DNA of 64,000 bases from a virus (taxonomy: Duplodnaviria > Caudoviricetes): the IMG/VR virus record IMGVR_UViG_3300035703_002708; one strand, given 5' to 3'. Every line of letters begins with the position of its first letter. The first letter of the stretch is position 1. A program made the position numbers and the translations under genes. This document shows, in pieces, positions 31,391 through 40,061 of the stretch. The notes below the pieces were generated by a model. The model was not told the DNA's origin. It saw only the letters and a program-made list of their open reading frames with translations, and made no database searches.

Positions 31391-32299
31391 ATGGCAACAG
31401 GAACTTACGGAACCATAAGACCCGCAGATGTCTCACCGGAGGATGTACAAATAATATTGAACTATACTGAAAGTAGAGATGAGACTGACAATTTTGTGTT
31501 AACGACATTGAATGCTCAAGAAGTTCTAACTCCTTACTTTAACAACGAGAATACAGGAGGAAATGCGGGTGTAGAAATCTTAGGTGGTTTATATAATCTT
31601 AAACTACCAAGTAACGTATTTAACGCGCTTGGAATTTACAATATCTACATAAGACCGGCAGAAATAAGAACGACAATTACAGATTGCGGGGTTCTATCGG
31701 CATTACCAAACGTAAAAGGATTGATTTTTAACATCGAAGGTGTCCCTTCCCAATTCAGGAATAAATTTGTTGCACAAGGTTTAGTTGGGTTCAGAGTAGA
31801 ATACCTCAACCCTGATGGTACTAAAATACCTAATTTTTTTAGAATTATAACATCTTCTTTTTTTTGTGAACCCGTTTTAGAAAATCAAGTCAATAGTTCA
31901 CAAAAATCCATAAGATATAGATATGTAGATGGTTCTACTAATTTATTATTTTGTACCGTATCACCATCTTCATCACCAACTAATAAACCAAACGCCACCC
32001 CTTTTATAGGACAACCAAATCAGAATGTCATCATAAGTAATACATTTTTCAACCCAATCAATATTGAGGTTGAAATTGTTGAAAACGACATATCTACCTT
32101 AGCAATTGCATTACTAGGTAATCAAACTAAATCTATGGAAGACGGTATTTACACTATGTATGACTCAGATAACAATATCTTCAGACAATATAATTTATAT
32201 GAAGTTAGAGATGAGTTTAATAGTTTGTTATATGAAGTAAGACAAGATAGGGGGGATAATATCGATTACAGTAAAAACTTTACAAATATTACTGAGTAA
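31391..32299 (+). CDS. Putative baseplate protein, 302 aa
   Basis: TAATG overlap with the next gene; structural context. Confidence 0.6.
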   Translation: MATGTYGTIRPADVSPEDVQIILNYTESRDETDNFVLTTLNAQEVLTPYFNNENTGGNAGVEILGGLYNLKLPSNVFNALGIYNIYIRPAEIRTTITDCGVLSALPNVKGLIFNIEGVPSQFRNKFVAQGLVGFRVEYLNPDGTKIPNFFRIITSSFFCEPVLENQVNSSQKSIRYRYVDGSTNLLFCTVSPSSSPTNKPNATPFIGQPNQNVIISNTFFNPINIEVEIVENDISTLAIALLGNQTKSMEDGIYTMYDSDNNIFRQYNLYEVRDEFNSLLYEVRQDRGDNIDYSKNFTNITE

Positions 32300-35277
32300 T
32301 GGCAAAAAAATATACTTGTCCACCACAACAGGCGACCGCAGATAATACCTTTTCAGACAATCTTGTAGGGTTTCAGATTGTTGGTGGAGGAGGATTGACT
32401 CAGGGTAATTTCGACTTTACTGTATCAATAACGGAAAAGTCCAATAGAGATTTTGTTGTAGGTACTTTTTCTGAACCAATAACCTTAGATTCGATGGGTA
32501 TGGAATCTATCGAAGAATCTAAGGCAATCATAGAAAAAAACTTCCAAGTTTACCCAAATTTGGATTTAAGTCAAGTAACCAATTTTTCACAGTACGGTTC
32601 ATTGGTTAAAAGAATCTCGGTTTCGTTAACAAAAATCATAAATTTTTTTCCCGCATCAATAGACGTTCTATTCAGAAGAAAAAATTATGTAACAGGCTCA
32701 ACCGCCACAAATATTTCTTATAACGAAAATAATAATCAAACAACCTTTTCAATTGATGTTACCACAATTTTGAATCCGTTTGGTATAGATTTTTCTTTGA
32801 ACTCGACAAGAAATGTGTCTTTATATGAAACACCAGTTTCCCCCTTAAGAGACATGGTAAAAAATGCAAATAGTTATAGTTTATACCTGAGTGGTAATTC
32901 ATATGATATTGTTTTTTTAACCCCGACACAAAATTTAACAAGCGGAATTCTCACTTTAGTTGTCAATGGAAACCCTTTTTCAGGTCAATCGATATCCTAC
33001 GATGACTTGAACATAAGACCAAACAATAGTACTTCAGAAAAAGTATTCAACCAAGATTTTGACGAGGTTGAAAAATTTTTATTGAACAGAAAAAGTTTAC
33101 CGTTGTATACCGCATATTTTACAATTGTAAAAGAAGCCAACGATGGTACAACGTTTTTAACTAGTGATTCTGTGACATGGCCTCTATATGGTCCTTGGAA
33201 TTTGGATATTGTTACACCTAGTTTTACAACATATATCGAGAATTTGAACTCTATTGCTGAAAATTTCGACACATTTAGAACTAAATTAATTGTCAGGTTT
33301 TTGACAACAGGAGCATTCAAGGATTTTGATACAAATGACCAAAAAATTACGAAAGTTTTGGAACTATATGGACGTAGTTTCGACCAAGTAAAAAAATTTA
33401 TAGATGCTTTGGCTTTCATGAATTCAGTGAATTATAATATTAAAAATGATATTCCTTCACAATTACTTAAAAATTTATCTCAAACTCTTGGTTGGTCATC
33501 CAATATTTCTCCAATTACAAATGAATCATTTTTAAGTTCCGTTTTCGGAACAAATACACCAAGCCAATTTGCAGGTCAACCAGTTGCACCAACACCTGAC
33601 GAACTCAATTATCAATTCTATAGAAATTTAATATTAAATTCCGCCTTTCTTTTCAAATCAAAAGGTACTAGACAATCTATTCAAAATCTTTTAAGGTTAA
33701 TCGGTGCTCCAGATGCATTAGTAGATTTTAATGAGTACATATATGTTGCCGACCAAAGAATTAACATGAAACAATTCAATCAACAATACGCTCAAATATC
33801 AGGAGGTACTTTTGCGATTGAATTACCAGTGTTAGAACCTGAAAATACATTTAGAGTATTAGGAAGAACCTTTACAGGATTTACATTACAAAGTACAATA
33901 TTGGATGTAGATTTGACAAGAGAAGAATTTCCCGTAGACGATAATGGTTTCCCAAAAGCACCTGAAGATACTGAAGATTTTTTCTTTCAGAAAGGAGCAG
34001 GATGGTTCGAACAAACTCCTCAACATAGGTCAAATGAGGTTTTTGACGCAACATCAAGCACCTTTACAGGACAAAACCCAAATTACCAAACTAAATTAGA
34101 GGATTTCACTTACGGTCAAAAATATTTTGATAGGTTCAGAGATTTTCCATATACTGATTTAGGGTTTTCTTTGACTAGAACAAAAGACAATAAGAAAAGT
34201 TGGGTGGACGTAGAAACAGGATTGAGAAGAAATGTTGACGGTAATAATTCATTTTATTTTGTTGATGATGAAAGACTTGTTTTGAATGCTAAAAATGTTG
34301 AAGTTTTTTTGAATCCAGGTCAAGCATTGACATATGATGTTTGGTATTTGTCTCAAAATTATGATTACCCAATTCCTGCAACAGGGTATACTATAAGTGG
34401 AAATTGTTACTGCCCAACATACTTAAATCCAACAATATTGGATAAAACATTAATCGACCCGAATCCTATTTCTAAGACATTTTTTGAATTTGCACAAACC
34501 TTTTGGCAGAATATGATTAATGTAAGAGACAGACAATATATAACCAACGGAAAAACAGGAGGATACCCTACATTAGAATCGGTTTATTGGAAGTATTTGA
34601 AATCTATAAATTTCGATGAAATACCTGATAGTTTATTCACATATCAAAAAATGATAAATTACGTAAAAGGTATTGGTGATTATTGGATTAGATTGGTCGA
34701 ACAAATGGTCCCCGCAACTACAATTTGGAACGCAGGTACTAGATTTGAAAATTCTGCATTCCACAGACAAAAGTTTGTTTGGAGAAGACAAAGGGGTTGT
34801 CAAATTGTGCCTGTTCCTTGTAATCCGTGTACTTTGGTTGGTCCAATTCTTACATATGATTGTCAACAAGCTTCGACGATTTGTGATATCTATCCTTGGA
34901 CATCTAATCCTAATATATCAAATAATTTTGGAGAAGTATTAAACTATGTAATATCTGAATATACAAATAATCCTCTTTGTGATGTAAATACCATAACAAG
35001 TAATTGGTATGTAAACATAAGTTTAGGTGGTGCTCAAATTATTAATTATAAATTTTTCGAAGGAGTGGGATTAGATTTATTCGAAGATAGTTATCCTACA
35101 CCAAACGAATGGTTAACTGCATTAGAATCACAATTAGATAATTTATTCAGTTACGGTTTAGGATACGAAATATCAGGGAATCAAGTAACAATATTTACTG
35201 TTACTTGTGATAGTCTAAATTTAAATTCAGAGTTCCAAATAAATGTCGGAATAGATTTTTCAATTAATTGTTTTTAA
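32299..35277 (+). CDS. Baseplate wedge protein with a P2 gpI / T4 gp7-like domain
   Basis: LKNLSQTLGW...YRNLILN..FLFKSKGTRQSIQNLLRLIG matches the Tail_P2_I KGT motif. Confidence 0.7.
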   Translation: MAKKYTCPPQQATADNTFSDNLVGFQIVGGGGLTQGNFDFTVSITEKSNRDFVVGTFSEPITLDSMGMESIEESKAIIEKNFQVYPNLDLSQVTNFSQYGSLVKRISVSLTKIINFFPASIDVLFRRKNYVTGSTATNISYNENNNQTTFSIDVTTILNPFGIDFSLNSTRNVSLYETPVSPLRDMVKNANSYSLYLSGNSYDIVFLTPTQNLTSGILTLVVNGNPFSGQSISYDDLNIRPNNSTSEKVFNQDFDEVEKFLLNRKSLPLYTAYFTIVKEANDGTTFLTSDSVTWPLYGPWNLDIVTPSFTTYIENLNSIAENFDTFRTKLIVRFLTTGAFKDFDTNDQKITKVLELYGRSFDQVKKFIDALAFMNSVNYNIKNDIPSQLLKNLSQTLGWSSNISPITNESFLSSVFGTNTPSQFAGQPVAPTPDELNYQFYRNLILNSAFLFKSKGTRQSIQNLLRLIGAPDALVDFNEYIYVADQRINMKQFNQQYAQISGGTFAIELPVLEPENTFRVLGRTFTGFTLQSTILDVDLTREEFPVDDNGFPKAPEDTEDFFFQKGAGWFEQTPQHRSNEVFDATSSTFTGQNPNYQTKLEDFTYGQKYFDRFRDFPYTDLGFSLTRTKDNKKSWVDVETGLRRNVDGNNSFYFVDDERLVLNAKNVEVFLNPGQALTYDVWYLSQNYDYPIPATGYTISGNCYCPTYLNPTILDKTLIDPNPISKTFFEFAQTFWQNMINVRDRQYITNGKTGGYPTLESVYWKYLKSINFDEIPDSLFTYQKMINYVKGIGDYWIRLVEQMVPATTIWNAGTRFENSAFHRQKFVWRRQRGCQIVPVPCNPCTLVGPILTYDCQQASTICDIYPWTSNPNISNNFGEVLNYVISEYTNNPLCDVNTITSNWYVNISLGGAQIINYKFFEGVGLDLFEDSYPTPNEWLTALESQLDNLFSYGLGYEISGNQVTIFTVTCDSLNLNSEFQINVGIDFSINCF

Positions 35278-35280
35278 TAA

Positions 35281-37581
35281 ATGTCTTGTCAATATAATTT
35301 TAGTCAATTTTCAGTAACAGGAGACTGTGAAAATAATAGTTCTGGAGGTTTTACGCTTTACTTATCCTCAACCTCGGAACCGATGAGTATTACTTGGTTG
35401 TTGCCAAATCCATGGCCACCCGGCATTGGAGGACCTCAAGTCGAGACCCCAATTTATAATGGAACTTACACTTATTTAGGAATTCCTGCAGGAACATATG
35501 TTTTTACTGTAAATGATAGTTGCGGAAGTCCTACCGCCACCACTGAAAATAATAGAGAAACTATAAGTATTACTATATCATCAGGTTCGTCATGCGTCAA
35601 TATAACAGATGTTGTAAATACCACTTGCGGTAATTCTGATGGTTCTTTATTGGCAACTGTTCAGAATACAAATGGTGCTGTTAATATCAAACTATATTTG
35701 GAGGATAATGATGGTAGAGTAGTCCCATTACCACAACCACCAGGTCAAGAAGATATTACGTTTATTAGGGAAGTTGAAATAGACAATGACAATTATTTAT
35801 TTGATAATCTTCCGTATGGAAAATATTATGTTATTGCTGATGATGGAGGAGGTTGTACAGGAAGAAGTGAAAGTGTCATAATATTACCATCGGTAGGTGT
35901 TAATTTCGGGACATATATTGTTAATGATGCGGACTGTGGTAATGTAGAAACAGGTGTTGGTAAGATTTTTATAACAGGTTTGACAGGCACTGGGCCCTAC
36001 ACTTATAGATGGGAAGGTGTTGGTACTACATTAGATTATTTGGTTAACACTGAACAACCACTTACAGGTACATCAATAACAGGATTAACCGCCGGTTTTT
36101 ATCAGGCTACAGTCACGGACTCGAATGGTTGTAGTTTTTCTGTGATATCACAAGTTATCGAAAAACTTCCTGTAAGTTTAGGCAGCGTTTCAACATCACC
36201 ACCCACATGTTTTGATAGTAACGGGAAAATAACAGTACAAGTACTTAATGGTACTCCACCATATAGATTTAGTATCCCATCTATTTCATTTACAGATATA
36301 AGTTATTCTCAAACATACGTTTTCAGTGGTTTACCCGGGGGTAACTACACTATAGTAATAACCGATGCGGCTCTCTGCAGTGTTTCAACAACGACACAAA
36401 TAAATCAATCCAATAGCTTTGCTTTGGGGCCGGTGACTATTATCCCACCAACTTGCGGAAATTCAAATGGTTCCATTTCGATAGGACTCGTTGGTAACAC
36501 AAATTCAAGTAGTTATTTATATTCTTTGAGTGGTGCTAATGGAGTAACTTTTTCGAGTGTAACATCAACTAACAACACATTTTCTAATTTATTACCTCAG
36601 AATTATTTTCTTACAATTACCGACAATATTTGTACCTATACTCAGTTAATAAACTTATCGTCCAATTCACTTTTTACCATATCAACACAAACTTCGGGTG
36701 CAACATGTGGTAATAATAACGGGAGTGTTACCATAACTAAATCAACAGGTGGTACAAGTACCTTTTCATATTGGATAGAGGATGTTGATGGGAATAACGA
36801 CCAAACATTGGACAACACACCACTGAGTTCTTGTACATTTTACAATTTGGCGCCTGGAAGTTATATTGCTTACGTAAGTGACAAAAATAGATGTCAAGAA
36901 CAAACCTTCTTTGAAATAAGTAACAGTGAACCTGTAAATTTTATTTTGATACCAACGGATTCCACAAATGGGTCAAACGGACAAATAATTGCAAATATCT
37001 ATCAAGGAACACCTCCTTTTACTTTGACATGGTCATCTAATGTCAATGGACAAACAGGTACAACTGTAACTAATTTATCTGCCGGTACCTATAGTCTCAT
37101 AGTGCAAGACAGTGCAGGTTGCGTTCAGTCCAATACGGTTACACTGTCAGGTACTTATAATGCAACAAATTTCTCATTGTTTAATGTATGTAATAGCGTG
37201 ATAAGTTCTACCGGACAATTTACAGAAAGAAGTTTATCAAAGATGTTAGTTGAGGGTTACATAGATTTGACTAGTGGATGTACAAATTGTCTTATGAATT
37301 CGGCAATATTTTCAGCGGTTACAACAGTTGCAGGAACTGGTTTTAGTCAGTCTTTCTATACCGCAACAACGTTAAACGATGTTCCTTCAGAATCAAATTG
37401 GGCGACAACTGTTCAGAATCTTCTTAGTGGTATAACAGGTGTAGGTACCGTTACAGTTAATACTACAGAAAACACAATTACATTAGACACTTCTTGTGAG
37501 GAAAGTACAAACGCATTGGCCAATCAAAATATTACCGTCGAACTTAAAATTGTTTATGACATAGATTGTGAAAGTTGTTAA
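35281..37581 (+). CDS. SprB-repeat tail fibre/adhesin-like protein
   Basis: Seven tandem units of the form (T)C..s.G.I...G..pY.y...L.aG.Y...V.D..gC, e.g. GLTAGFYQATVTDSNGC and NLSAGTYSLIVQDSAGC. Confidence 0.75.
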   Translation: MSCQYNFSQFSVTGDCENNSSGGFTLYLSSTSEPMSITWLLPNPWPPGIGGPQVETPIYNGTYTYLGIPAGTYVFTVNDSCGSPTATTENNRETISITISSGSSCVNITDVVNTTCGNSDGSLLATVQNTNGAVNIKLYLEDNDGRVVPLPQPPGQEDITFIREVEIDNDNYLFDNLPYGKYYVIADDGGGCTGRSESVIILPSVGVNFGTYIVNDADCGNVETGVGKIFITGLTGTGPYTYRWEGVGTTLDYLVNTEQPLTGTSITGLTAGFYQATVTDSNGCSFSVISQVIEKLPVSLGSVSTSPPTCFDSNGKITVQVLNGTPPYRFSIPSISFTDISYSQTYVFSGLPGGNYTIVITDAALCSVSTTTQINQSNSFALGPVTIIPPTCGNSNGSISIGLVGNTNSSSYLYSLSGANGVTFSSVTSTNNTFSNLLPQNYFLTITDNICTYTQLINLSSNSLFTISTQTSGATCGNNNGSVTITKSTGGTSTFSYWIEDVDGNNDQTLDNTPLSSCTFYNLAPGSYIAYVSDKNRCQEQTFFEISNSEPVNFILIPTDSTNGSNGQIIANIYQGTPPFTLTWSSNVNGQTGTTVTNLSAGTYSLIVQDSAGCVQSNTVTLSGTYNATNFSLFNVCNSVISSTGQFTERSLSKMLVEGYIDLTSGCTNCLMNSAIFSAVTTVAGTGFSQSFYTATTLNDVPSESNWATTVQNLLSGITGVGTVTVNTTENTITLDTSCEESTNALANQNITVELKIVYDIDCESC

Positions 37582-38325
37582 ATGATGCAAAATATTATAA
37601 TATCATCTATAACAGGTTTAACACCACCCTATGAAATTTATGTTTGTGATTTCTTAGGTAATAATTGTCAATTAGTAGAAATAATCACATATAGTGTCCC
37701 CCCAATTGAAGTAATATCTTTACCTGATTATTTTAGTGGTGCCCCTGCAGTCTCATTGAAAATTGTGGAAACAAACGTACCCTGTGAAAAAAATATACCA
37801 GTTGTTTGTTCCTATTTCGGTAATGTGTTATTCACATTTTGTAAATGTAGTGATTTATCACAATGTATTTACACCGAAACAAATCCATTTTTGGTTTTTG
37901 GACAAGTTGTATCTTTGAACGAATATCCTGAATGTTGGCAATTTTCAGGATACCAATTTACAAATCAAACAGGAGAAGTTTTAACAGTAAACGGACTACC
38001 TTTTAATTCATGTCAAGAATGTTATGATGTTGTTGCCCCCTCTTATTTTAGTGCCTGTTGCTCAAACTACACTTTTAATTTTGATGAAACATTTCAGTCA
38101 ACATTCGAACCTAATAAAAGTTGGTATGTAAATATCCCTCCATCTGTTAGTGGTACGGGGACAGGATATACAGGTTGTACAGTTGTTATAAGTAACTATA
38201 TAACTCCTGACCAAACTTATGTACAAGCAGATTGGAACAACATTACGAATACCAATAATTCACCTGTTTTTCCTAATCCACCGATGTTTGATTGCAATGA
38301 TTGTACTGAAGTAATATCTTGTTAA
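37582..38325 (+). CDS. Cys-rich tail-fibre accessory protein
   Basis: N-terminal domain is paralogous to the 78-aa ORF at 44416-44652; two CC/CxC...C...CxxC repeats. Confidence 0.6.
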   Translation: MMQNIIISSITGLTPPYEIYVCDFLGNNCQLVEIITYSVPPIEVISLPDYFSGAPAVSLKIVETNVPCEKNIPVVCSYFGNVLFTFCKCSDLSQCIYTETNPFLVFGQVVSLNEYPECWQFSGYQFTNQTGEVLTVNGLPFNSCQECYDVVAPSYFSACCSNYTFNFDETFQSTFEPNKSWYVNIPPSVSGTGTGYTGCTVVISNYITPDQTYVQADWNNITNTNNSPVFPNPPMFDCNDCTEVISC

Positions 38326-38344
38326 TTATAAATCATTAATCTTA

Positions 38345-38352
38345 GTATTTAT
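38345..38352 (+). promoter_or_regulatory. GTATTTAT variant of the phage promoter motif
   Basis: In the 68-bp gap before 38394. Confidence 0.35.
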
Positions 38353-38393
38353 AACTGAAAACTTGAATTTATTTTTTTACAATAATATTATAA

Positions 38394-40037
38394 ATGGCAA
38401 CTTCATATTTAAAATCCTGTTGTGACAATAGTGTTACATACACACTGACCGGTTTAGGGTCCGCTTTGTCAATCGGCAGCATCTATCATGTAGTAATACC
38501 TAATTATTTTTCGGGTTGTTCTACAGTAATCACATCCTCACAACTTCAACCAGGTTCACCATCCTATCCATCTTCTACTGCGGTTCTCACAGGTCCATAT
38601 GTAAATTGTTCAACTTGTACTTCAGCATATACATGCAATAGAATAACCGCAACAAGTGAATGTGATGTTATAACAATCGCTCCAATGTCTGTTCAATGTT
38701 CTCCTAATATAACTGCAGGCACAATAACAATGATTGTCACAGGAGGAACTCCTCCATACAAAATAAAATGGTCAACTGGACTTTTAGGGCCCACTCTATC
38801 AAATGCTGAGTACGGTGTTGCTTATGGTGTAACCGTAACTGATTATAGTTGGCCTGATGGAGGGCCGGATTATACTGCGGTTACAACTTGTTTCCTAGCA
38901 TTACCGACCTCAACACCAACACCAACACCAACTATAACGCCTTCACCTCCTCCTAATAATACAACAAATTTATGTCTTCAAGTAACTATAGGAAATAGAA
39001 CTTACACCTACAATTTCACCCCTTCCAATACAAGAATAAATAATAAATTTACATGGATTTACGGTCCATATGTTCTCTCATGGCAAACTTCACAAGGAAC
39101 ATCCTTTTGGCAAGTTCAAATGCCGATTGGAGATGGTGTAAATCCTATTATCTTAAGAAATTCATCAAATACCTCAGTTCCTTTAGGGTCATTTATTGCT
39201 TTTGGAAGTCCTGGTACTACAGCAGTCATGACAAATGGGGTTTGCGGTAACCCAATTATGACCTTACAAAATGCTACAATTACTCCACCAACTTGTCAAT
39301 CAACGCCATTAACAGGTTCTATTTATGTTAATATATTGAACGGTCAACCACCTGTCACATACTCCAAAGACGGTGGATTAACATCACAATCAAGTCCATT
39401 ATTTTCTAATTTACCGGCAGGAAGTTATACAATAACGGTACAAGATGGTAACTCAACTACATTACAACAACAGGTTACAATACCTCAACCTCCGGCAACC
39501 AACACATACACTTTAGATGTGGAAACTAACATAGTTCCTCAAAATCCTGGAAACAGTTTATTGAATTTTACTGTAAAAGTGAGGGACGTAAATGGAAACT
39601 TAGTCACAACACTTCCTACAAACACAATAATATCATTCAACATACAGGCTGAAAATATACTACAGACAACTGTGTTAGGGGGAGGTAACGTTATATCAAA
39701 TGTACAAATAAAAAAGAATAATATTACACAATCTATAAGTCCGATAACCAGCACGACAAACAGTGCAAATGCAGTATCTACGTGTCCACCTGCTCAAAGT
39801 ACTCTATACAGTACAGGTAATATAAAACAATATAATGGATTAACCATCTCAGGTAGTGATTCTATAACTGGAACTATTCAGGTCCAAGTAACCAAAACTG
39901 CGGTAGGTAATGTCTGTATCTTGAAATCCTTGGACACAGTCAGATTGATTAATAAACAAATTACAGGTTGTAGTTGTTGTAACATAAGTAATACATCATC
40001 AACATCTACACAGATGCAAACTAACGCGGTTAAATAA
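38394..40037 (+). CDS. Modular tail-fibre-like protein: Cys-rich repeat, SprB-like repeats, PT linker
   Basis: SCC...GC...CSTC repeat, GGTPPYKIKW and NLPAGSYTITVQD units, PTSTPTPTPTITPS linker. Confidence 0.65.
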   Translation: MATSYLKSCCDNSVTYTLTGLGSALSIGSIYHVVIPNYFSGCSTVITSSQLQPGSPSYPSSTAVLTGPYVNCSTCTSAYTCNRITATSECDVITIAPMSVQCSPNITAGTITMIVTGGTPPYKIKWSTGLLGPTLSNAEYGVAYGVTVTDYSWPDGGPDYTAVTTCFLALPTSTPTPTPTITPSPPPNNTTNLCLQVTIGNRTYTYNFTPSNTRINNKFTWIYGPYVLSWQTSQGTSFWQVQMPIGDGVNPIILRNSSNTSVPLGSFIAFGSPGTTAVMTNGVCGNPIMTLQNATITPPTCQSTPLTGSIYVNILNGQPPVTYSKDGGLTSQSSPLFSNLPAGSYTITVQDGNSTTLQQQVTIPQPPATNTYTLDVETNIVPQNPGNSLLNFTVKVRDVNGNLVTTLPTNTIISFNIQAENILQTTVLGGGNVISNVQIKKNNITQSISPITSTTNSANAVSTCPPAQSTLYSTGNIKQYNGLTISGSDSITGTIQVQVTKTAVGNVCILKSLDTVRLINKQITGCSCCNISNTSSTSTQMQTNAVK

Positions 40038-40048
40038 AATAAATTAAG

Positions 40049-40056
40049 ATATTTAT
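40049..40056 (+). promoter_or_regulatory. ATATTTAT phage promoter motif
   Basis: GATATTTATT, 5 nt before ATG 40062. Confidence 0.5.
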
Positions 40057-40061
40057 TATCG

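Noticed and set aside
38904-38953. ACACCA tandem repeats (also about 43070-43250, minus strand) as phase-variable SSRs
   Set aside because: The unit length is a multiple of 3 and they encode Thr-Pro linkers, so slippage would not shift frame.
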